DNA from: Bacteroidota bacterium
GTDB lineage: Bacteria; Bacteroidota; Bacteroidia; M30B66
Direction of reading: 5' to 3'
Assembly (NCBI GenBank): GCA_947460255.1
Contig: CANHIS010000005.1
Coordinates: 6,884-70,883 of the forward strand
Length of the DNA stretch: 64,000 nt
Shown: positions 1 through 11,224 of the stretch, one piece after another
Numbering within the stretch: position 1 is the first letter of the stretch
Layout: every line of letters begins with the position of its first letter
Made by a program: the position numbers and the translations under genes
The notes under the pieces: generated by a model
The model's input: the letters and a program-made list of their open reading frames with translations, nothing else
Databases searched by the model: none
Told to the model about the DNA's origin: nothing

Positions 1-1127
1 TGCAATCCAGCGTTAGCGGCCAAAAAGTGCGGCAAACCACGCTTCCCAGAAATGAGTTGGTAGGTTCTGCGTTCCGAAATACTTCCCACTTCGTGGATAG
101 ATAAGCACAAGTAGTCAAGCGCCATCGCCAATGGTTGACCATGGAAATTTCCACCCGAAAGAATCAGATCATCGTCGGGAAAAACATTCGGATTGTCGGT
201 TACTGAGTTTATTTCACGGGTAAAAACGTCGTTCACATGTGTCCATACATCACGCGAAGCACCCAAAACTTGAGGCGTACAACGGAACGAATATGGGTCT
301 TGTACTTGAACTTTATGTTGTGATGCGATTTCGCTTCCATGCAACCACTGACGAACCATTTCTGCCACTTTGATTTGTCCAGGGTGTGGACGAATCTGAT
401 GCAAATTCGGATGGAAAGGTTCAACTCGACCATCATACGCTTCAAGCGAAAGCGCCATGATCGCCACTGCCCAGTCGAACAGTGCGGCACTTTTCGAGAG
501 CAATTGCACCCCGAATGCAGCCATGAATTGTGTTCCATTCAACAATGCCAAACCTTCTTTTGAGGCTGGAACGATAGCTTCCCAACCCATAGATTCGAGC
601 ACTGACGAAGCTTCTTGACGAATGCCATTCACCCAAACTTCGCCCATTCCCAACAAAGGCAAGCACAGGTGCGCAAGTGGTGCCAAATCGCCTGAAGCGC
701 CCAAAGAGCCTTGTTCGTAAACTACTGGAAGAATATCGTTGTTATAGAAATCGATCAAGCGCTGCACAGTAGCCAATTGCACGCCTGAATAACCATAAGA
801 AAGCGCTTGAACCTTCAGGAACAACATCGTTTTCACAATTTCAGTAGACACGGCATCACCAGTTCCGCAAGCATGCGACATGATGAGGTTGCGCTGAAGA
901 TCAGAAAGCTGATCTTCGTTGATTTTTACATCGCACAGTGCACCAAACCCAGTATTGATACCATACACAGGTGCTTCAAGTGCATTTATAGTTACATCGA
1001 GATATCGACGACAACGTTCAATATTTTCAGTTGCCTGTTCCGACAAGCTGATTTTCGTTCCTGAAGCTACTAACTGAGCAACTTCCAGCGGAGAAATATA
1101 TGATGGCCCGATGATATAGGTCGACAT
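1..1127 (-). CDS. hutH: histidine ammonia-lyase, 3'-truncated by window edge (N-terminal ~375 aa present)
   Basis: Reverse-strand translation from ATG at 1127 gives MSTYIIGPSY...GSLGASGDLAPLAHL...LNGTQFM. The ASG tripeptide in the GSxGASGDLAPL context is the MIO-forming motif of HAL/PAL enzymes. The frame stays open to position 1. It is absent from the ORF track because no stop lies inside the window. Confidence 0.9.
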   Translation of the reverse strand, partial: MSTYIIGPSYISPLEVAQLVASGTKISLSEQATENIERCRRYLDVTINALEAPVYGINTGFGALCDVKINEDQLSDLQRNLIMSHACGTGDAVSTEIVKTMLFLKVQALSYGYSGVQLATVQRLIDFYNNDILPVVYEQGSLGASGDLAPLAHLCLPLLGMGEVWVNGIRQEASSVLESMGWEAIVPASKEGLALLNGTQFMAAFGVQLLSKSAALFDWAVAIMALSLEAYDGRVEPFHPNLHQIRPHPGQIKVAEMVRQWLHGSEIASQHKVQVQDPYSFRCTPQVLGASRDVWTHVNDVFTREINSVTDNPNVFPDDDLILSGGNFHGQPLAMALDYLCLSIHEVGSISERRTYQLISGKRGLPHFLAANAGL

Positions 1128-1184
1128 ACTGGTGATTTTGGGAGCGTGAAAATGATAAAAATCCAGCAGATGCTGAATGGTGGA

Positions 1185-2558
1185 TCAAAAGTGTGATCTG
1201 AAATTCAACAGATCATTTACCGGAATACTGATTTGACGACCACTTGAGAGCTCTTTCAAGTTCACCATTCCGGCATCTACTTCACTCTTTCCGTAAATCA
1301 TCAAATAAGGAATTCCCTTTTTCTCTGCGTATTCAAACTGCTTTTTCAGTTTCGTTGGTTCAGGATAAATTTCTGCCGAGATATCCGAATTCCTTAGCAA
1401 TTGCAACAATCCCAAACATGGACCTTCTTCCTCAATAGAAAAAGATGCGATCAAAATTTCTGTTCCAGTGATGGCGTCTTGAGGAAACAATCCTGCATCC
1501 AACAAGATGTCGTAAATCCGATCTGCCCCAAAAGAAATCCCCACACCAGGCACGTTCGGTAATCCGAAAATTCCTGTAAGATCGTCGTATCGCCCACCAC
1601 CACCGATGCTTCCAAATGCAATGTTTCGCGCTTTCACTTCGAGGATGGTTCCAGTGTAATAGTTCAATCCACGGGCGAGACTCAAATCGAGATGAAGTTC
1701 TGCACCTTCCAAGCGAAGCGCATTGTTGCCCTCGAAATAACCAAGTAATTGGCGCAATTCGGCAACCCCTTGCTTTCCAGTTTCGCTTGAAGAAAGGAAA
1801 TCGGCCAAGAAATCGAGCTTTTCTGCATTGCTGCCTTGCATAGATGCCAGCGGACGAATCTTTACAATCGAATCGTCTGGAACTCCCTTGCTGCGCATCT
1901 CTTCCTCCACTTTTTCCAAACCAATTTTATCGAGCTTATCGAGCGCAACGGTGATGTCGATAATCAAATCGGGCACTTGCGCCACTTCGGCAACTCCAGT
2001 GAGCACTTTTCGGTTGTTGATTAGAATATTTACAGGCAAACCGAGCGCATGAAACACCCGATCGTAAATTTGAATTAGTTCGGCTTCGTTGATCAATGAT
2101 GCGCTTCCAACCACATCAGCATCGCATTGCCAAAATTCGCGGTAACGTCCTTTCTGCGGACGATCGGCACGCCAAACCGGTTGCATCTGATAACGGCGAA
2201 ATGGGAAAGCCAACTTGTCGCGGTTCATCGCCACATAACGGGCAAATGGAACCGTAAGATCGTAGCGTAACGCTTTTTCGCTTAGCAGCGGAAGTACAGC
2301 ATTGGGCGTTTCGAGATTTGCATTCTGCTCGCGCACCTCCTTAAGAAAATCACCCGAATTGAGGATTTTGAAAATCAATCGATCTCCCTCTTCACCGTAT
2401 TTTCCAGTGAGCGTGCTGAGGTTTTCCATGGCAGGAGTTTCGAGCGATTGATAGCCAAATAGCTCAAACTGCTTGCGAATGATTTCAAAGATATAACGAC
2501 GACGAGCCGACTCGAGTGGCGAAAAATCGCGTGTTCCTTTAGGAAGTGAAGGTTTCAT
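1185..2558 (-). CDS. hisS: histidine--tRNA ligase
   Basis: N-terminus reads MKPSLPKGTRDF, the HisRS signature, and the class II aaRS motifs are present over ~457 aa. The ORF track starts at a TTG (2567). The first ATG is at 2558. Confidence 0.93.
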   Translation of the reverse strand: MKPSLPKGTRDFSPLESARRRYIFEIIRKQFELFGYQSLETPAMENLSTLTGKYGEEGDRLIFKILNSGDFLKEVREQNANLETPNAVLPLLSEKALRYDLTVPFARYVAMNRDKLAFPFRRYQMQPVWRADRPQKGRYREFWQCDADVVGSASLINEAELIQIYDRVFHALGLPVNILINNRKVLTGVAEVAQVPDLIIDITVALDKLDKIGLEKVEEEMRSKGVPDDSIVKIRPLASMQGSNAEKLDFLADFLSSSETGKQGVAELRQLLGYFEGNNALRLEGAELHLDLSLARGLNYYTGTILEVKARNIAFGSIGGGGRYDDLTGIFGLPNVPGVGISFGADRIYDILLDAGLFPQDAITGTEILIASFSIEEEGPCLGLLQLLRNSDISAEIYPEPTKLKKQFEYAEKKGIPYLMIYGKSEVDAGMVNLKELSSGRQISIPVNDLLNFRSHF

Positions 2559-2659
2559 GTGCCGCAAAAATAGTGAAGCCGGCGGATTGTTTTACTGTTA
2601 AAATCACCAATGCGGTTATCTACAAGTGTTTGTAATTAAATATTTTTAAAGATAATCCA

Positions 2660-2667
2660 TTACTTTT
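2660..2667 (+). promoter_or_regulatory. candidate Bacteroidota sigma-A -7 element (TACTTTTG = TAnnTTTG) ~27 nt upstream of the peptidase ATG
   Basis: Exact match to the TAnnTTTG -7 consensus. A TTTG lies upstream at 2627-2630, but its spacing is longer than typical. Confidence 0.3.
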
Positions 2668-2693
2668 GGAGCAACTATCACAACACATTCATC

Positions 2694-4922
2694 ATGAAAA
2701 GATTTTTTGGCCTGTTTCTCAGCATTTTGCTGGGACAGATCATTGTGGCGCAGCCTTCAATTGGAGGAAGGCCATTTGGATTAAAAACAGGAATTGAGAA
2801 GGCTCCAGTTTTCAGACTTTCACCCATTAACGAAGAGCAACTGCTTGCCGAAGACGAACAATGGAGAGCACAAGGTGATAAAAGTTTCCGTTTCGGAAAA
2901 GATGTTTTGGTAAACCTCAACATCAACGCACATGGTCAATGGAGTACATTAAATAACGGTGACCGCATTTGGCGTTTGGCGATTCAATCGGAAGGCGCTA
3001 AAAGCTTGAACCTCATTTTTAGACGATTCAACTTGCCTGCATCTGCCAAACTTTTCGTTTACACACCAAACGGTGAAACTGTTAAAGGTGCATTCACAGA
3101 AGCAAACGAGAATAAAAATGGTGGTTTTGCAATTCTTCCAATTGTTGGAGATAAAATCATTGTTGAGTATTACGCACCAGCTGGTGTAATCCAAAATCCT
3201 GAATTGGAAATCAGCTATGTTATTCATGGCTACCGCAGTTTCACCAAGGATGCCAAAGATTTTGGTGGATCAGGAGATTGTAACAATAATGTAGTTTGTC
3301 CGGAAGGAAACCCTTGGGAAGCACAAATCCGCTCGGTGGTTTTGTTGCTTACAGGAAACGGAACACGTTACTGTTCTGGTGCAGCCATCAACAACACAGC
3401 AAACGATGGCACACCTTACGTTTTAACTGCCGATCATTGTGGCCCTGGTGTTAACGATGTTTTTGTGTTTAACTACAAGAGTCCAACTTGCACCCCAACA
3501 CAAGATTGGAATCTAGATGATGCCGTACAAGGTTGTACAATTCGCGCGACCAATGGAGGATCAGATGTTTGCTTGGTTGAACTAGACACAGAGATTCCTG
3601 CCGAATACAATGCATTCCTAGCTGGCTGGAACCGTCAGAATGTTCCACCGCCGAACTCGGTTTCTATTCACCATCCTGATACCGATGTAATGAAGATTTC
3701 CTTCGATGAAGACGATGCAGAAATTGCCAATTTTGGGGGTGCTGATTGTTGGCACATTCTCAATTGGGAAGATGGCACCACAGAGCCGGGCTCATCAGGA
3801 TCTCCTTTATTTAACGAGAACAAACAAATTATTGGTCAATTGTACGGTGGAACCGCGAATTGCAACAACAACATCGACGATTATTATGGTCGATTCATAA
3901 CAAGTTGGTCTGGCAATCAAGCCAATGCAAGACTTCGGGATTGGCTCGATCCTTCAGGAAGCGACTTGGCATCGGTTGATGGAATTGAAGCTTCAATCCC
4001 TCAATTTCAAGTAGATGCACGTTTGCAAAGTATCACAACACCTGAGGCAGAATATTGCAACACTGAAACAATCACACCGGTGGTGGTTATTAGAAATTCA
4101 GGCGTTACAACCTTGACCTCGTTGGAGTTGAATTATGGCTTTGCAGGAAATCTTCAAACCTTTAATTGGACTGGTTCTTTGGCTACAAACCAAACTGAAA
4201 CCATCAATTTACCTGTGTTGAATGCAGCATTCGGGAGCAACCAAATTTTCACCGCAACGATTGTGAATCCCAATGGCGTTGCCGATGAATTTCCGGGCAA
4301 CAATGCGGCTCAAATAAGTGTAAATCTCCGTGAAGGCTCATCCTACAATTTGGTAATTGTTTCCGATGATTATCCAGAAGAAACCAGCTTTATCCTAAGA
4401 AACACTACAACCAACACATTGGTAAGAGAACTTCAAGTTGGATCGCTTCCTGCTGGCACAAGCAACTACAACTTCTGTTTACCTAATGGATGTTACCGTT
4501 TCATTATTCGCGATTCTTATGGTGATGGAATTGCATCGAGCCCACAAAGTGGAATTGGATCGTTTACATTATTTGATGATCAAGATCAAATTGTTGGACA
4601 AGGTGGAGACTTCAACAATTCAGATACGATTCTTTTCTGTATAGGAACAATAGGCATTGAAGAGCTTTGGAAGCAGGCCGATGCGGTAAAACTTTATCCA
4701 AATCCTGCTACTTCTCAGCTTTTCTTAAAAGTGAGCGATCAAATTTTGGCCGAACAACCTGTATTTTCGGTGGTAAACTTTGCAGGACAAATTATCGAAA
4801 CAGGCAAACTCACTGCGCAAAACCAGCAAATTCAAGTGTCTGAATTGCCTGCTGGAATCTATCTATTGCAACTGAACACTGGAAACCAGCAACTCACAAG
4901 GAAATTCATTGTAGAGAGATAA
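2694..4922 (+). CDS. secreted trypsin-like (S1 family) serine endopeptidase with T9SS C-terminal sorting domain
   Basis: Signal peptide MKRFFGLFLSILLGQIIVAQ. The catalytic His sits in VLTADHCGPG and the catalytic Ser in GSSGSPLF (a GDSGGP-like motif). The C-terminal ~80 aa (LYPNPATSQLFLKV...GIYLLQL...) match the T9SS CTD pattern. Confidence 0.75.
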   Translation: MKRFFGLFLSILLGQIIVAQPSIGGRPFGLKTGIEKAPVFRLSPINEEQLLAEDEQWRAQGDKSFRFGKDVLVNLNINAHGQWSTLNNGDRIWRLAIQSEGAKSLNLIFRRFNLPASAKLFVYTPNGETVKGAFTEANENKNGGFAILPIVGDKIIVEYYAPAGVIQNPELEISYVIHGYRSFTKDAKDFGGSGDCNNNVVCPEGNPWEAQIRSVVLLLTGNGTRYCSGAAINNTANDGTPYVLTADHCGPGVNDVFVFNYKSPTCTPTQDWNLDDAVQGCTIRATNGGSDVCLVELDTEIPAEYNAFLAGWNRQNVPPPNSVSIHHPDTDVMKISFDEDDAEIANFGGADCWHILNWEDGTTEPGSSGSPLFNENKQIIGQLYGGTANCNNNIDDYYGRFITSWSGNQANARLRDWLDPSGSDLASVDGIEASIPQFQVDARLQSITTPEAEYCNTETITPVVVIRNSGVTTLTSLELNYGFAGNLQTFNWTGSLATNQTETINLPVLNAAFGSNQIFTATIVNPNGVADEFPGNNAAQISVNLREGSSYNLVIVSDDYPEETSFILRNTTTNTLVRELQVGSLPAGTSNYNFCLPNGCYRFIIRDSYGDGIASSPQSGIGSFTLFDDQDQIVGQGGDFNNSDTILFCIGTIGIEELWKQADAVKLYPNPATSQLFLKVSDQILAEQPVFSVVNFAGQIIETGKLTAQNQQIQVSELPAGIYLLQLNTGNQQLTRKFIVER

Positions 4923-4935
4923 GCTCACTGCACCA

Positions 4936-4974
4936 AAAACAAAAAAGGGAATTCACTTCGAATTCCCTTTTTTT
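4936..4974. terminator. bidirectional intrinsic terminator between convergent peptidase and uvrA
   Basis: A-run, then stem GGGAATTC (4947-4954), loop ACTTC, stem GAATTCCC (4960-4967), then a T-run (4968-4974). Confidence 0.7.
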
Positions 4975-4979
4975 ATGCC

Positions 4980-7796
4980 TTAGAACTTCTCTTTTAAGTA
5001 TCTGCCAGTTTCGGATTTCTTTTGCTTGGCCAAATCTGAAGGTTTGCCTTGAAAAACAACTTCGCCACCAAATTCGCCACCATCAGGCCCGAGGTCGATC
5101 ACGTAATCTGCACACTTGATCACATCCATGTTGTGTTCGATAACAATCAATGAATGGCCTTGAAGAATGAGCGCGTCGAAAGCTCCCATCAGTCGTTTAA
5201 TATCGTGGAAATGTAATCCAGTAGTCGGTTCATCGAAAATGAACAATGTATGTTCTTGTGCTGCTCCTTTGGTGAGGAACGAAGCTAACTTGATGCGTTG
5301 CGCTTCTCCACCCGAAAGGGTTGAAGAGGCCTGGCCTAAATGCACGTAACCTAGTCCTACATCTGCTAAAGGCTGAAGTTTTGCCAAGATCCTTTTCTCG
5401 GTTGCTCCAGCTTGTTTTCCAAAAAACTCGATCGCCTCATCAACGGTGAGTTCCAAAATATTGTAGATGTTTTTGCCCTGAAATTCGATTTCGAGAACCT
5501 CATCTTTGAAACGTTTCCCTTGACAAACATCGCATTTCAACTTAATGTCGGCCATGAACTGCATCGAGATGTTCACGAAACCTTCGCCTTCACATTCTTC
5601 GCAGCGACCGCCTTCAACATTGAATGAAAACACTGATGGCTTGTAGTTTCTATTTTTAGACAAAGGCTGAACCGAATAAAGCGCGCGGATTTCATCGTAA
5701 GCCTTTACATATGTAACAGGATTGCTACGTGAAGATTTTCCGATAGGATTTTGATCGATGTACTCCACTGAGCCAATCATCTTGTAGTCGCCTTCTAGTC
5801 TATCAAACAAGCCAGTTTGCTCGGCATAGCCTTCGAATTGCTTCTTCAAGGCCGGGTACAAAATCTTGTTTACCAACGAGCTCTTCCCTGAGCCACTTAC
5901 GCCCGAAATAACAGTGAGCACATTGAGCGGGAAGGTTACATCTATATTCTTGAGATTGTTTTGTCGAGCACCTTTAATCTGAATGGCATGCTTCCAACTG
6001 CGCACTTTTTCTGGTAAAGGAATAACCTTCCTTCCGGTGAGATAATCAGCTGTAAGGCTTTTCCCTGCAGTAATCAAATCAGCATGAACGCCAGAAAAAA
6101 CCACCTCTCCCCCATTTCTCCCAGCTTCAGGTCCAATGTCGATCAACAAATCAGCTGCACGCATAATGTCTTCATCGTGCTCTACAACCACAACAGTGTT
6201 ACCCAAATCGCGAAGATTCTTTAGTACCTTAATCAATCGTTCGGTATCGCGAGAATGCAAACCAATAGACGGTTCATCGAGTACGTAAAGCGAACCTTCC
6301 AAACTCGATCCGATCGAAGTTGCAAGATTAATCCGCTGACTTTCACCACCTGAAAGTGTTGATGATAGACGGTTGAGCGTTAAGTAGCCCAATCCAACAT
6401 CGCACAAAAATCCTAAACGTGAGCGGATCTCAATTAGGATTCTTTTCGCAACAGTATTTTGGTATTCATTCAGTTCAAGGCTCTCGAAGAATTCCTTGCA
6501 TCTAGCCACAGGCATTAAGACGAGCTCGATAATGTTCTTGCCATTTACTTTCACATAACCGGCATCCTTACGCAATCTTGTTCCTTTGCAATCGGGGCAG
6601 GAAGTTTTTCCGCGGTAGCGCGAAAGCATTACACGGTACTGTATTTTATAAGTCTGTTCCTCCACATGTTGGAAGAAAGCATTGATGCCTTGCGCGTATT
6701 TTGTGCCCTTCCAAAGTTGGTCTTTGTGCTTTTCTTCGAGATCGTAATAAGCACGATGTACAGGAAAATCGACTTTCAATGCACTTTTAATGAATGCCTC
6801 TTTCCACTCGCTCATTTTTTCGCCGCGCCATGGAGCCACGCAACCTTCATACAGCGACATGCTCTTGTCGGGAACCACGAGGTCTTCATCGATGCCGATG
6901 ATGGTACCGAAGCCTTCACAAGTCTTACATGCGCCAAAAGGGTTATTGAAGCTAAATAGGTGAACGGATGGCTCTTCGAAAGTCATTCCGTCGGCTTCAA
7001 AGCGATTTGAGAGTTTTTTGGTGATCACCTCGCCATCTGCCCGAATCACCTCTGTGATACATTCATCCATACCTTCATAAAAGGCCGTTTGAATAGAATC
7101 GGCCATTCGGCTATTGTTCTCCTCATTTTCCGGGTCGATTGCCAGACGGTCGATGAGCAAATCGAGTGATTTCTTTTTCAAGGATCCTGATTTCTCCCAG
7201 TCTTCAATTTTTTTCAATTCGCCATTGATGCGCATTCTTGAAAAGCCCAACTGACGAAGAACCGCAAGATTTTCGGCTTGATTTTCGAAGCGCTCCGCTG
7301 ATAAAGGAGCGAACAAACTCACACGATCGCCTTTTGGGAAGCTGTTGAGATAGTCGACCACATCACTTGGCGTGGATCTTGAAACAGCATCGCCCGATAC
7401 CGGGGATATGGTGATTCCGATACGCGCAAAAAGCAGCTTGAGGTAATCGTAGATCTCGGTGGAAGTACCAACAGTTGAACGCGGATTTGTAGCATTCACC
7501 TTCTGCTCGATAGCCACCGCAGGCGAAATCCCTTGGATTAAATCAACTTCGGGCTTGTTAATTCTGCCTAAAAACTGACGTGCGTAAGCACTGAGCGATT
7601 CTACATATCTTCTTTGCCCTTCGGCATATAAGGTATCGAATGCCAGAGAGGATTTTCCGGAGCCTGATAAACCGGTAATAACAACAAGTTTATTTCGGGG
7701 AATCGCGACATCTACATTTTTTAGGTTGTGGACGCGGGCACCCTTGATCAGGATAGTCGTGCGGGGATCATAAAGATCCGTTTGTAGAACAGTCAT
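4980..7796 (-). CDS. uvrA: excinuclease ABC subunit A
   Basis: 938 aa. The N-terminus is [48 protein letters not shown]. There are two ABC ATPase modules with LSGGE signatures and zinc-finger Cys clusters. ATG at 7794-7796. Confidence 0.97.
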   Translation of the reverse strand: MTVLQTDLYDPRTTILIKGARVHNLKNVDVAIPRNKLVVITGLSGSGKSSLAFDTLYAEGQRRYVESLSAYARQFLGRINKPEVDLIQGISPAVAIEQKVNATNPRSTVGTSTEIYDYLKLLFARIGITISPVSGDAVSRSTPSDVVDYLNSFPKGDRVSLFAPLSAERFENQAENLAVLRQLGFSRMRINGELKKIEDWEKSGSLKKKSLDLLIDRLAIDPENEENNSRMADSIQTAFYEGMDECITEVIRADGEVITKKLSNRFEADGMTFEEPSVHLFSFNNPFGACKTCEGFGTIIGIDEDLVVPDKSMSLYEGCVAPWRGEKMSEWKEAFIKSALKVDFPVHRAYYDLEEKHKDQLWKGTKYAQGINAFFQHVEEQTYKIQYRVMLSRYRGKTSCPDCKGTRLRKDAGYVKVNGKNIIELVLMPVARCKEFFESLELNEYQNTVAKRILIEIRSRLGFLCDVGLGYLTLNRLSSTLSGGESQRINLATSIGSSLEGSLYVLDEPSIGLHSRDTERLIKVLKNLRDLGNTVVVVEHDEDIMRAADLLIDIGPEAGRNGGEVVFSGVHADLITAGKSLTADYLTGRKVIPLPEKVRSWKHAIQIKGARQNNLKNIDVTFPLNVLTVISGVSGSGKSSLVNKILYPALKKQFEGYAEQTGLFDRLEGDYKMIGSVEYIDQNPIGKSSRSNPVTYVKAYDEIRALYSVQPLSKNRNYKPSVFSFNVEGGRCEECEGEGFVNISMQFMADIKLKCDVCQGKRFKDEVLEIEFQGKNIYNILELTVDEAIEFFGKQAGATEKRILAKLQPLADVGLGYVHLGQASSTLSGGEAQRIKLASFLTKGAAQEHTLFIFDEPTTGLHFHDIKRLMGAFDALILQGHSLIVIEHNMDVIKCADYVIDLGPDGGEFGGEVVFQGKPSDLAKQKKSETGRYLKEKF

Positions 7797-7989
7797 GTGT
7801 AAGTTATCCGCAAAATTATCATTTCCTGTGTTGTTTTTTTGAAAATAAAAACTTTACTTTGTTAAACCGAATAACAGCACCTTCGTGTGAAGGTTCATTC
7901 TCGGCAGTTTAATTTCTAAAAAGAAGCGCTTATAGCAAACACCTCTACTCTTTAAAGCCACACACACAAGTTTTAAAAAAGGAGGACAT

Positions 7990-8586
7990 ATGTTTGCTGC
8001 CCAACTGCCGGACCAAGCTTTGGTTCACAACTATTTACAAGGAAACGAATCAGCATTAGCTGAATTGATCACTCGCCACCAGCAGAAGGTGTTTACTTAC
8101 ATTCGTATGTTGGTAAAAGACAGTCAGCTGGCTGAAGACATTTTTCAAGATGTTTTCGTGAAGGTGATCCACACCCTCAAATCGGGCAATTACAATGAAG
8201 AAGGGAAGTTTCTTCCTTGGATCATGCGTATTGCGCACAATTTGAGCATTGATCATTTCCGCAAAGCCAAGCGTATGCCTGTGGTGCAGAATTCTTCTAA
8301 AGACAATGAAGAGTTCGATATTTTCCGCACCATTCGTAATATGGACGACAATGTGGAAGACAAAATGGTAAAGGAGCAAATCCTCCAGGATGTGAAGAAG
8401 CTCATCAAGGAGCTTCCACCTGAACAACAAGAGGTACTCATCCTCCGCCATTATGCCGATATGAGTTTTCAGGAAATCGCCGACTTCACCAATGTGTCGA
8501 TCAATACTGCCTTGGGAAGAATGCGTTATGCCTTGATCAACTTGCGCAAAATCGTGAAGCAGAAAGAGATTATCCTGTCTGTTTAA
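7990..8586 (+). CDS. RNA polymerase ECF-type sigma-70 factor
   Basis: 198 aa with sigma-70 region 2 (IFQDVFVKVIH...LPWIMRIAHNLSIDHFRK) and region 4 (EVLILRHYADMSFQEIADFTNVSINTALGRMRYAL). A strong AGGAGG sits 5 nt upstream of the ATG. Confidence 0.9.
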   Translation: MFAAQLPDQALVHNYLQGNESALAELITRHQQKVFTYIRMLVKDSQLAEDIFQDVFVKVIHTLKSGNYNEEGKFLPWIMRIAHNLSIDHFRKAKRMPVVQNSSKDNEEFDIFRTIRNMDDNVEDKMVKEQILQDVKKLIKELPPEQQEVLILRHYADMSFQEIADFTNVSINTALGRMRYALINLRKIVKQKEIILSV

Positions 8587-8615
8587 GATTCAATTGTAAG
8601 TCAAAAATACCCCCA

Positions 8616-8660
8616 AACAAAAAAGGTAAGTGGAGCTCAAGTTCTACTTACCTTTTTTTA
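8616..8660. terminator. bidirectional intrinsic terminator between sigma factor (+) and T9SS cargo gene (-)
   Basis: A-run, stem AGGTAAGT (8624-8631), a 14-nt loop containing a GAGCTC palindrome, stem ACTTACCT (8646-8653), then T7. Confidence 0.7.
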
Positions 8661-8713
8661 TTTAATAGATTCAACCAGCATTGCTGAGTATAGCTGATTG
8701 AATTTTTATGGTA

Positions 8714-11224
8714 TCAATTTACAACGAGCTTGGTGGTTTGGCGGATTTGTTCGTTAGAAATTGATAGCAAATACACACCAGGCAACAAGTTGGAAATATT
8801 CAATGTTTGCTTGTTCTCCGAAGACACCAAACGATCCACTAGCATACCGGTAATTGTGCTGATGGAGATTTCTGTTTGAGGTAAAATACCAGTCAAATGA
8901 ACATAGTCACTTGCTGGGTTAGGATAAAGTGCAAAAGCAGAAAAATCGTTGCCAATAGAAGTTATAATGGCTTCGTATAAATAAGATGCGGAAATGCTCG
9001 AACATACACCCTGAGAAACGGTAACAGTGTAGTTTCCGTTTGCTTCTGGCGTGAAAAGTTGACTGGTCGCACCTTCGATCAATACTCCATCTAGATACCA
9101 CTGATTTCCAATGGATGAGCTTGAAACCAAGTTATTGGCAAATGGCGTTACTGTTGGTGTTGATGGAGTTTGAATAACAACAACTTCGATGGTTTCGCTT
9201 GATGAACATCCTGAGCCATCGTCGCCAGAAGCTGTATAAACAGTGGTTTGTTGTGGCGAAAAAGCAACGTTGTTTTGAACTCCATTATTCCAAGTGATGA
9301 TTCCTAATCCCAAAGCCAACAATGTAACAGACTCACCTGAACAAATTTCGCTATCCGTTGCAAGCAATGTTAAATCGATACTGGTTGTGGTAACATTGAA
9401 ATCTCCTGTATAGTTGAACAATCCATCTGTTGCAGTGATTGTAATTGTTGCTTCACCCACTTGGTTGTTACTCAAATTGGAAATTTCCACTTCGTAAGTG
9501 CCGTTCCCATTGTTGTTTAGAACGATATCAGCATTTTCAACCACATTTTGGTTTGAACTTGACGCAGTAATTGAATTAATCGGAGTCCCTTGGTTGGCAA
9601 TAATAAAATTCACTCCGCTCAAACCAACCGATTTACAAACCTGTTGATCTTGAGGCGAGGTAATGGTTGCATCATTGTCGAGGTTCGTTAAATTGTAAAC
9701 TGTACTATTCAAACCGGCATAAGTAGCATCTGCAGAAGCGGTGGAAGATAAAGTCACAGTGAAATTGACATTCCCATCATCAACCACATCATCAATTCCA
9801 GTCACAACTATCGTTTGCGATACACTCCAGTTTGATGGAGTAAAATTGAGCACATTGGTGCTTAATGTTCCTTCGGCTGTATTGCTCGATAAAACATTCA
9901 CTGTAACATTTCCAGTTGGCGGTGTTGTAAGTGCAACGTTCAAGGTAAGTGTTCCGCCGGCTTCATTCACTTGGCTGTTTCCTGTGTTGGTGATTGAAAA
10001 ACCAGGGAAGGCCACTGCATTGTAAGCACGTGAATAAACACCTTGATCATCGCCTTGGAAACCGTTACCAGCCCATGCAGCTACAAATCCGCCATTGGCT
10101 AATTTTGCTACAGTACAAAACTCTTGATCTCCTGCATTTGTGCTGTTCAACTGAAGCAAGCCTGAATTGCTTTGATTGTAGTCGTACCCATAAATAACAT
10201 AAGCTTCATTTCCATTCGGATTTGTATAGCCTCCAGTACGAATTGATTTTGCAATCACAAAGTCACCATTATCGTAAAGCTCGCCTTGAATATTATCGTA
10301 CCAATCATATCCACCACCATTAAGTAGAATAACATTGTTCGCAATAAATCCACCTTGCGCATTAAGCAACCACATACGCATAAATCTATTTGATGAAGTT
10401 GTTCCGTGGGTTGTTGTAATGATAACTTCGCCAGCACTGTTTCCTTCAGCGTGTAAGTCGGACCCAACATAAAACTCGTAACCGCTCGACCACAGAGAAT
10501 ACTCTGGAATCTCAGCAATGAAAGATGAATTAAAAGTTTTTCTCATGATGCGTCTATCATAAGTGCAACATCCAGAAACATTGATGTAATACTGGTAAAT
10601 AGCAGTCAATCTGCCATTTGGATGAAATACAATGTTAGGTTCATAGTATGCTTGAGAACCATCTTCTGAAACAAGTAATTGTTGGTTCACCCAATTGTTG
10701 GTTGATAGACTATACGCTCTTAGGTACATTTTTGGGTTTCCAGCAGTAATGCTATACAAGAATGCGAGCGAATCACCTTTTACATCAAAATCATAATCCG
10801 CGATGCTTGATAGTACAGTTACTGCAGCACCCACATTTCCAGAGGAATCAATCGTTTTGAATTTCAGTGTGGTTCCAGAGCTCTCAATGTAAGAGATAAC
10901 ATAGGTGCCATCGGCCCAATATTTAAGTTTAATATTTCCAGAACTGGCTGCATTAATAGAAAAATCGGGAGAGATCGCTACATGCGCACTGTTGTACAAA
11001 CGGCCGAAGATTGGTCCATAACTATAACTGGTATTCCAAGTGATCAAATAAGCACCTGACTCATCTGCGGCTATATTTGTATTGTACTGATCGGTTGCAA
11101 GATCTGTGTTCACCAGTTGCTCTAACGACACTGGACTGAGCGATTGCGCTTGAAGAATTCCTGAAAAAACGAGTGCGAGAATTAGTAGAGTTGACCTCAT
11201 TAGATGATGTTGATGATTGGGCAT
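8714..11224 (-). CDS. large secreted Ig-like/beta-rich protein with T9SS C-terminal sorting domain (function unknown)
   Basis: Signal peptide (MRSTLLILALVFSGILQAQS) and Thr/Asn/Ser-rich repeated beta-domains. The C-terminal LYPNPASDYVHL...GVYLLSI...KLVVN is a T9SS CTD. An alternative start at 11200 begins directly with the signal peptide. Confidence 0.7.
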   Translation of the reverse strand: MPNHQHHLMRSTLLILALVFSGILQAQSLSPVSLEQLVNTDLATDQYNTNIAADESGAYLITWNTSYSYGPIFGRLYNSAHVAISPDFSINAASSGNIKLKYWADGTYVISYIESSGTTLKFKTIDSSGNVGAAVTVLSSIADYDFDVKGDSLAFLYSITAGNPKMYLRAYSLSTNNWVNQQLLVSEDGSQAYYEPNIVFHPNGRLTAIYQYYINVSGCCTYDRRIMRKTFNSSFIAEIPEYSLWSSGYEFYVGSDLHAEGNSAGEVIITTTHGTTSSNRFMRMWLLNAQGGFIANNVILLNGGGYDWYDNIQGELYDNGDFVIAKSIRTGGYTNPNGNEAYVIYGYDYNQSNSGLLQLNSTNAGDQEFCTVAKLANGGFVAAWAGNGFQGDDQGVYSRAYNAVAFPGFSITNTGNSQVNEAGGTLTLNVALTTPPTGNVTVNVLSSNTAEGTLSTNVLNFTPSNWSVSQTIVVTGIDDVVDDGNVNFTVTLSSTASADATYAGLNSTVYNLTNLDNDATITSPQDQQVCKSVGLSGVNFIIANQGTPINSITASSSNQNVVENADIVLNNNGNGTYEVEISNLSNNQVGEATITITATDGLFNYTGDFNVTTTSIDLTLLATDSEICSGESVTLLALGLGIITWNNGVQNNVAFSPQQTTVYTASGDDGSGCSSSETIEVVVIQTPSTPTVTPFANNLVSSSSIGNQWYLDGVLIEGATSQLFTPEANGNYTVTVSQGVCSSISASYLYEAIITSIGNDFSAFALYPNPASDYVHLTGILPQTEISISTITGMLVDRLVSSENKQTLNISNLLPGVYLLSISNEQIRQTTKLVVN

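Noticed and set aside
8056-8451. 131-aa minus-strand ORF opposite the ECF sigma factor
   Set aside because: It is entirely nested antisense to a well-supported sigma-70 family gene.
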